Positions 57,563 through 64,000 of a stretch of DNA of 64,000 nt are shown here, piece by piece. The notes under the pieces were generated by a model that did not search any database, was not told the origin of the DNA, and was given only the letters and a program-made list of their open reading frames with translations. Every line of letters starts with the position of its first letter. Within the stretch, counting starts at the first letter, position 1. This DNA is from a virus (Duplodnaviria; Caudoviricetes). The stretch lies in IMG/VR virus record IMGVR_UViG_3300049740_002155. One strand, written 5' to 3'. Made by a program: the position numbers and the translations under genes.

Positions 57563-59250
57563 AATACTTACTACTATTATTTATGTCCGCAACATTATTT
57601 GCGGAAGAACCAATTAGAACATTTACGGCTAAAGGTGCAACTATTCAAGCACGTGCAGTTGAGTATAAAGGAAAACTAATTGTATTAGAAAACGCACAAG
57701 GACAAAGATTTCAAGTTACTTATGACATTCTTAGTTCAGCAGATCAAGATTATATGCTAAAAGTTGTTATGGAGAAAAGAATTCCTGAGCAAGGAACACC
57801 GAGTCAAATAAAACCACAACCTAAAGTAGAACAACCGAAAATACAAGAAACCAAGCAACTCGTTTTACAACCAATCAAAAAAGAAACATTTCGTGAAGGA
57901 TCATTTTTTAGTCATCCACCAATTTTATTAGGAGAAGACCCAAAAGTAAAAAAGAATCCGTTGGAAGATTCATTGCCGATAGAAGGAGAGCCCATTGATT
58001 TCAATAAGCATCTGTTACCGATACTAAATGCAAAATGCAATGATTGTCATGCAGCCCCATATATGAAAGGTGATCGTAAGATTGCTCCAAAAGCAGGATT
58101 GCAATTAGATAATTATGAAATGGTAATGAAAGGCAATTTAAACGGAGAAGTCGTTTCGGCCGGAAAACCTGAAGAAAGTTATTTGTATGAAGTAGTAACA
58201 TTACCAACAGACGATGAAATGTTTATGCCACCAAAAGGAACTGCTATGACTCCAACAGAGATTGATATTCTTAAAAGATGGATAGCAGAAGGAGCAAGAA
58301 AAACTGCATCATCAGAAGCATTATCAGAAATGCCAAAAATACCAAATGCTGATCAACCGGTTAGTTATGTTCATCACATTGCTCCAATTTTTGCGGAAAA
58401 CTGTATTGACTGTCATAAAGAACCTTATGTTAAAAATGGAAGAACTATTCGTCCTAAGGCTGCTCTTCAATTAGATACATACGAAATGGTAATGAAAGGA
58501 AATCTTGATGGTACTATAATAGAACCATTCAAACCAGAGGTTAGTAGTTTATATCATGTTGTTACATTACCAGTAGATGATTCTGAGATAATGCCACCAA
58601 AAGGTGATCCACTATCTAAAGAGCAAACTGATACTATCAAACGATGGATACTTGAAGGAGCAGGAAAAGAACCTGCAAAGCAAGTTGCTGATTTAAATGC
58701 TAAACCGGTCATTCAAGAAATTGAAACTCCGATAGTATCCAATGATAATCTCAAGAAAGTAGATATTTTAGGAAAACGACTAAGACCCATTGGAAAAGCA
58801 ATGTTAGAATCAGCAAGTAAAACACGAGCATTAGTAACTCCATTATCAACTCGGCATAGTATGATCCGTGTAGAATTTCCATCAGGACCCAATCTTATAG
58901 AAGATTCTGCGTTATCTGCGTTATCAAGTATCAAGAATAATATATCTCATATCAATTTTACATCCACGAACATAACCGACAAATCAATGTCGTTTGTTGC
59001 AGGAACTCCTAATTTGGTTTATTTAAATTTGCGGAATACAAAAATAACGGATCGTGGAATACAAGCAATAAGCAAATTGGAACATTTGGAATATCTTAAT
59101 ATAGTAGGAACAGAAATAACCGACAAAAGCATAAAGACGATAATGATGCTTCCTAATTTGAAAAGTCTGTATACTTGGAATTCTAAAATAACAGAAGAAG
59201 GAATAAAACTTATTCAATCAAGATTGCCTAATACAAAAATAGTTTATTGA
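57559..59250 (+). CDS. Exported di-heme planctomycete-type cytochrome c (2x PSCyt1) with SHD1-like N-domain and C-terminal leucine-rich repeats
   Basis: CNDCH and CIDCH, each with GKPEES/MPP.G...I..WI.EGA; LVYLNLRNTKITD-type LRRs; signal peptide. Confidence 0.88.
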   Translation: MKYLLLLFMSATLFAEEPIRTFTAKGATIQARAVEYKGKLIVLENAQGQRFQVTYDILSSADQDYMLKVVMEKRIPEQGTPSQIKPQPKVEQPKIQETKQLVLQPIKKETFREGSFFSHPPILLGEDPKVKKNPLEDSLPIEGEPIDFNKHLLPILNAKCNDCHAAPYMKGDRKIAPKAGLQLDNYEMVMKGNLNGEVVSAGKPEESYLYEVVTLPTDDEMFMPPKGTAMTPTEIDILKRWIAEGARKTASSEALSEMPKIPNADQPVSYVHHIAPIFAENCIDCHKEPYVKNGRTIRPKAALQLDTYEMVMKGNLDGTIIEPFKPEVSSLYHVVTLPVDDSEIMPPKGDPLSKEQTDTIKRWILEGAGKEPAKQVADLNAKPVIQEIETPIVSNDNLKKVDILGKRLRPIGKAMLESASKTRALVTPLSTRHSMIRVEFPSGPNLIEDSALSALSSIKNNISHINFTSTNITDKSMSFVAGTPNLVYLNLRNTKITDRGIQAISKLEHLEYLNIVGTEITDKSIKTIMMLPNLKSLYTWNSKITEEGIKLIQSRLPNTKIVY

Positions 59251-59351
59251 TTTTAAAAAGTGCTTGACTTATTATACTTTTAGTATAAGGTTAATTTCAG
59301 TAGACCTCATAAGATGTGTGGTAAACTAAACAAATCTAAATATAAAATAAA

Positions 59352-59678
59352 ATGTATTATAGAATTGAAGATAATGACGGAAATTACCGTTACAATAATA
59401 AATCAGATGAGATTATCAACAATCCGTCTGCAAGTGCAGAGGAAGTTCTTTGTTCAGATGCTTATTGGAACAATCGTGAAGAGATTGCCGATGAAGAGAA
59501 TCGTTTATTAATTGGTTGCGTTTTGGATATGCTTGCAGGAGGTAACGGAGATCCTGCACGGAAAGACTTCCTTTGTGAGTGTCCTGTCCCTTCATCAGAA
59601 GATATGAGTGAACTTCTTGGGAAAATGGAAGAAGCAAGAATGGAGGTTATTGCAGATTGGTTTGAGTCTGTTTCATAG
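59352..59678 (+). CDS. Hypothetical protein
   Basis: Acidic 108-aa ORF. Confidence 0.55.
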   Translation: MYYRIEDNDGNYRYNNKSDEIINNPSASAEEVLCSDAYWNNREEIADEENRLLIGCVLDMLAGGNGDPARKDFLCECPVPSSEDMSELLGKMEEARMEVIADWFESVS

Positions 59679-59704
59679 TTGTAATTTATTATTACTCATT
59701 ACGA

Positions 59705-59734
59705 GGGGAGCAGATAATCTGCTCCCCTTTTTTT
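59705..59734 (+). terminator. Rho-independent terminator
   Basis: GGGGAGCAGA-taa-TCTGCTCCCC-T7. Confidence 0.85.
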
Positions 59735-59842
59735 ATATTAGATATTTATATTGTATGAATTGCTTTGATGATGCTATTGATTACATTGAATAAAACATTG
59801 AATCTTTGTTGATTCAAATACAAACTTGATATATATTATTAT

Positions 59843-60451
59843 ATGTCGAGCAAAATTTTTTTGATATGCACTGGTTTATTGATTGTATGTAATTTATTTG
59901 CTAATCGGTACTACCCGCAAATCTCAGATTTTCTCTGCGGATGTAAATATTGCGAGAGTGTTAATAAACACGAACCACTAGATATTGGTATTCATTTCTC
60001 AAGATGTTTATCTCGTAACAAACAATTTCAGAAAACAATGAATATCTTGAATGAAAGCAAACCCGATCCATTTGGCATTCCAGCAAGAGATATGTTACCC
60101 GATCCTTCGAGGAAAAATTTTTCGGAAGAACCTAAAAATGTTCATAAGGTAGATACTACTATTAAAGAACCTAAACTTAGTATTATTGACGATCCATACA
60201 ATGACTATGAATGGAGATATATTGATAATCACGGATGGACTTATTCAACTACTATTCAAAGTTCCACTCATGATACATGGATATATCGTGAAGATTTGGG
60301 ATGGGTATTCAGTTTCGGTTTCGAGCAAAATTTTTTATATAGTGAAGAACACGGATGGTTTTATTCAATGCGATATAATGACCGTTATATACTATATTGG
60401 TATGACCGTAAATATTGGTTATATGCCCACGATTTTTGGTGGAAGAAATAG
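59843..60451 (+). CDS. Exported protein with Trp/Tyr-rich C-terminal repeats
   Basis: N-terminal hydrophobic segment; HGWTY, WIYREDLGWVF, EHGWFY repeats. Confidence 0.55.
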   Translation: MSSKIFLICTGLLIVCNLFANRYYPQISDFLCGCKYCESVNKHEPLDIGIHFSRCLSRNKQFQKTMNILNESKPDPFGIPARDMLPDPSRKNFSEEPKNVHKVDTTIKEPKLSIIDDPYNDYEWRYIDNHGWTYSTTIQSSTHDTWIYREDLGWVFSFGFEQNFLYSEEHGWFYSMRYNDRYILYWYDRKYWLYAHDFWWKK

Positions 60452-60539
60452 TATACAATGATTCACTCAAAAGAAATAAATGCTTGCTTTCGCAACCATT
60501 TGATTTCTTCTTCTTTCATCATATTATATAGCCGTGTTT

Positions 60540-61520
60540 TTTGCCCCACCCAATTACCCATAAAATGCGACTAGATATGGCCTGAAAAAGTTATATAAAT
60601 TTTTGCGGAAATAATGTATAATAGTAATAGTAATAGCTATACAAGTAATAGTAATGATAAAGTAGATAATATACGCATAATGCATAATAGTATAGGTAAT
60701 AGTAATATAGGTAATATAAACAAAATAGTAATAGTATCGTCTAACCTGTCTATAAATGCTAAATGCGTATAACATCAGGCTAGTTGCCCCCACGCATCAA
60801 CTGAGTATAATATTCATTATCATTCATATCATCAACTAACATCAATTATCATATACTTTGAATAACCTGATATAATAGTAATAATACGAGTATAGGTAAT
60901 AGACGAACAAGACTTTATTTAGGTAGGGTTATATGTCCCCAAAAATACCTTTTAACCTTGTATGCATGATAAACCTTGTATTATAGGTGTCAAATGCGTT
61001 CTTGGTGTCAAGGTGTATGTATTGATAGGTATATACATTTATTTATGTATAATATAATAGCTTACTGCTTACAAGAGGTGACAGCCTGCCATGCCCCCAA
61101 AAACAGCAAGGGGTTTCTCGCAGAGGCAACCAAATTATGCCATAGCTACTCATAGCAAAAAACACTATTGCTGTCAAGCCATTTCATACACATCCCTTAT
61201 TACTATTACTATTACTAATGATAATATGCATTGCCCCCACTAGCAACGGCCTGTATAAAGCAATTAGCACCTACGAAAAATAATTGCTGATATTCATTAC
61301 CTACACAAAATACTGAATACTAGCAACTTACACAAGGCCGTTAAATATTTTTTCTAGGTGCATATTATTTGCAGTAGGTGCTGGTTGCTATTATACTATA
61401 CTATTACTATGATGTACTTCATTACTATTACTATTACTTATAGCTTTACTATTATCATTATTATGAGTTGACTTTTCGCAAAAAATTTGGTACAATCATG
61501 GGATTGTGGGAGGGGCCAAA
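60540..61520. other. Non-coding low-complexity element with degenerate inverted arms (candidate replication origin/genome-end region)
   Basis: (AGTAAT)n on left, (ATTACT)n on right; repeated TGCCCC(C)A motifs; no credible ORF. Confidence 0.45.
61468..61496 (+). promoter_or_regulatory. sigma70-like promoter
   Basis: TTGACT-17-TACAAT. Confidence 0.65.
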
Positions 61521-61571
61521 GCTACACCCAAAATAGACTTCATTTTTCTTGATAAATTTATATTTATAAAA

Positions 61572-62279
61572 ATGGACAATTACGAAAATGCAATGCAATA
61601 TATTAACGAACAAGAAGCAACTGATATATCATATGTTAAAGTAGGTGATAATAACAAAAAACTGATCGTTTCCTTTGCAAGCAATGAACATCGTGGATTT
61701 GAAAGAAAAACCTCATTGATGACCTTGAAATACGAACACAATAACTTTGATGTATTGTATTTAAGAAATCAGTTTAAATGGTATCTCGATGGTTTAAACG
61801 GAATTGGAAAAAACATTAATTGTACCATTGAGTTTCTTAAAAAAGAATTTAGTAAATACGATAAAGTTTGTTGTGTAGGTAATAGTGCAGGAGGTTTTGC
61901 AAGTTTATTATTTGGAAGTTTGCTGAATGCAAATAAAGTAATTACTGTTAGTGCTCAAACTGATGTGCAATATTGTGCTGATAATTTACCCAATGATGCA
62001 TTCGGTAAAAGTAACTTAATTAAAATATCCGAGAAATGTCCGATTACTTGGAATAAATACAATAAAATAGCAAGTGTATTAAACAATGCTATTACATATC
62101 ATGTATATTATAGAGGTGATGCGTTTTGGAATAAACGGAATGAATTGAGAAATAGTCCTGAGCCTAAGGTTCTTCACGGAGACTATCACTACGACCTAAT
62201 CAAACATTGTCCGAGTGTAAGTAAATTTGATTCGAAGCCGGATGTTCATCCACTTATAGAAAAGTTCCTCGAAGAATAA
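61572..62279 (+). CDS. Alpha/beta-hydrolase-like protein
   Basis: GNSAGG nucleophile elbow; ATG 61572 after ATATTTATA. Confidence 0.65.
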   Translation: MDNYENAMQYINEQEATDISYVKVGDNNKKLIVSFASNEHRGFERKTSLMTLKYEHNNFDVLYLRNQFKWYLDGLNGIGKNINCTIEFLKKEFSKYDKVCCVGNSAGGFASLLFGSLLNANKVITVSAQTDVQYCADNLPNDAFGKSNLIKISEKCPITWNKYNKIASVLNNAITYHVYYRGDAFWNKRNELRNSPEPKVLHGDYHYDLIKHCPSVSKFDSKPDVHPLIEKFLEE

Positions 62280-62619
62280 AGTTTTTATAATAATCTTGAC
62301 AAATTATAAAAACAACGTTACACTCTAAGGAGTGGGAGGGTGGGTTACATATAAGTTATTCGGAAGTCAAAAAAAGTACCAAATGTTTTTGCAATGAATA
62401 CGACAGTTGAAAATCATCGCAAAGCATAACCATGTACTATATTACGCAAACTGGTGCATACGCACATTGTGAATTAAATTTTCAAATTAGAAATTATATT
62501 CTGGTTATTATACTGGTTATAGCTCATATTCAAAATTGAAATTAAAAATGCTGTTGTGCTTCGTGTGCTCTGCATAAAGTATTTGACTAATACCAATTTA
62601 TATTATAATATATAGTAAT

Positions 62620-62817
62620 ATGAAAAATGTGATATTAAATGTTTTAAAGAAATACTCGGATATGCAACTCAATTTAGAAAGCAAGGCTGCTCAACAGTTT
62701 CTGGCAAACAAAATAAATGAAGCACTATTAACTGAGATTAGAAAACAAAAACCTAAAGAGTGTAATGTTGCTGATATAAACCATGAATCGTTAACGGATA
62801 TGTTTCATCGTTCATGA
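62620..62817 (+). CDS. Conserved small phage protein
   Basis: LKKYSDMQLNLESKAAQQFLA; TTGACT at 62583. Confidence 0.55.
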   Translation: MKNVILNVLKKYSDMQLNLESKAAQQFLANKINEALLTEIRKQKPKECNVADINHESLTDMFHRS

Positions 62818-62883
62818 TAACCTATTTTGCTATTGCTATGTGTGCTTTGATGTTGTGTTGTTTGGTGTACGATTTGTTTTTTC

Positions 62884-63051
62884 ATGATTGATTTTAGTGA
62901 TCCGGTATTTTACTGCATTATATTGCTGATGTGTGTGTATGCTTATATCGGAGGAAAATGGTTGGACAACCGTAATAAGATACATAACGATAAATTGAAA
63001 GAAGAAGAACGTAAAAATCGCATAAAAGAATTTAAGTCGGAAAAAATATAA
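62884..63051 (+). CDS. 55-aa single-TM microprotein
   Basis: MIDFSDPVFYCIILLMCVYAYIGGKW... Confidence 0.45.
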   Translation: MIDFSDPVFYCIILLMCVYAYIGGKWLDNRNKIHNDKLKEEERKNRIKEFKSEKI

Positions 63052-63083
63052 AGTACTGATAATACGCAACTTACGAAAAAAAC

Positions 63084-63572
63084 GTGAATTCTCCAAAAAA
63101 ATTAAAAACGTATAATATCACATATCGTGAACATGAACATAATCCAATTAGTAACAAAACGGTTACCTATAAAGCAAATACTGCACAAGAAGCAGAAGAA
63201 CTTTTTTATGCTGATTATCCTGAACAAAAAGAACGCACTTATATAGAAATACATTCTCCACTAAGCAATTACCAAATTGACCACGACAATGAAAAAATTG
63301 CGGAAATACCAAAAGATACTAACATGAAAAAAATTAATATACTAAACGTATTCAAAACTGTAAATGAGTATGTACAACAAATAACAATGCTTATTATAGG
63401 ACTTATACCATTGCTATTATTAGGAGTCGTTATATTCGGTGATAATTTCTTTTTAGGCAATGTAGTAGTATATAACATACAGAACATACTAGATAGCATG
63501 GCTGGATTTGTAGGGTTAGTCACACTTATACTCATTGTATACTTTTATAGTCGCACTACCTCAAGCAAATAA
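63084..63572 (+). CDS. Hypothetical protein; C-terminal half (from ATG 63324) is a membrane protein paralogous to 12072..12305
   Basis: VFKTVNEYVQQIT...FGDNFFLGNVVVYNIQNILD...FVGLVTLILI. Confidence 0.55.
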   Translation: MNSPKKLKTYNITYREHEHNPISNKTVTYKANTAQEAEELFYADYPEQKERTYIEIHSPLSNYQIDHDNEKIAEIPKDTNMKKINILNVFKTVNEYVQQITMLIIGLIPLLLLGVVIFGDNFFLGNVVVYNIQNILDSMAGFVGLVTLILIVYFYSRTTSSK

Positions 63573-64000
63573 TCTCGCATACTCTTCCCACAAAATAAGT
63601 TATTATAATATTTATAATAACAAGGTCATATACGGCCTGTTATTTGTGGGAGAAAAAATGTGGAAGATCTAAAAGATACTTTAATAGGTATAGCTATATT
63701 CGTAGTAGGAATACTAATCATCAATTATGTAGTTAAGTTCATAGGATTATTTATGTGCAACTAATCATTAGTATATATAATAGTATAATTTCTAGTAAAA
63801 TTAGTTTTTATAATATTTATAGGTATGCGTAACTATATAACACCAGTACAACAGCCATTACTAAATAAAAAAACACTAAAAGTAAGTAAAAAAGCACTAT
63901 TAATAACAAGTGTACTAGTAGTAGCAGTATTGTGTAGTGGATAATATAGGTATAATACTACTTAATACGATACTAATTTTTATTTTGCTTTATTCGGTTA

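Noticed and set aside
60554-60793. Track ORF 60554..60793 (-)
   Set aside because: Low-complexity Ile/Thr/Tyr product of the AGTAAT repeats; no RBS.
12438-62279. Eukaryotic giant-virus origin suggested by the DnaE-like, hydrolase-like and ParB-like genes
   Set aside because: Sigma70 promoters, SD sites, overlapping operons, and Tat and lipoprotein signals indicate a bacteriophage.
1-64000. Stop-codon recoding (alternative genetic code)
   Set aside because: Conserved enzymes are full length in code 11, and TAA, TGA and TAG all end genes at sensible positions.
1-64000. tRNA/rRNA genes
   Set aside because: No cloverleaf with a T-loop (GTTCRA) was found by eye; a tRNA scan is still needed to be certain.

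Overview
A 64-kb, AT-rich, gene-dense and mostly + strand segment of a large (jumbo/huge) tailed phage genome, using genetic code 11. No tRNA, rRNA or CRISPR array was seen. The host is probably in the PVC superphylum (Verrucomicrobia/Planctomycetes): the phage carries a DUF1549/DUF1553 + DUF1501 gene pair and a separate di-heme planctomycete-type cytochrome c/LRR gene. Main contents are: (i) two clusters of putative internal-head proteins sharing an N-terminal MK(I/K)(T/S)KxxLKEIIREEL motif; (ii) four large modular adhesin/fibre-like genes (14.2-30.4 kb) with a common ~80-aa N-terminal domain, duplicated DNA and Ser/Gly microsatellite linkers; (iii) many small early genes, each behind a repeated sigma70-like promoter TTGACTTTTTATAA...; (iv) a candidate late-promoter motif ATATTTATA; (v) a PHP-less DnaE-like polymerase, ATP-dependent DNA ligase, MvaI/BcnI-like and PD-(D/E)xK nucleases and a macro-domain protein; (vi) host-type metabolic genes (polyprenyl synthase, cyclophilin, flavin-dependent halogenase-like, NagB, DfrA-like DHFR); (vii) a ~1-kb non-coding element with degenerate inverted arms at 60.5-61.5 kb (candidate origin) and several structured non-coding segments. 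All family calls are from motif recognition by eye; no database searches were run.
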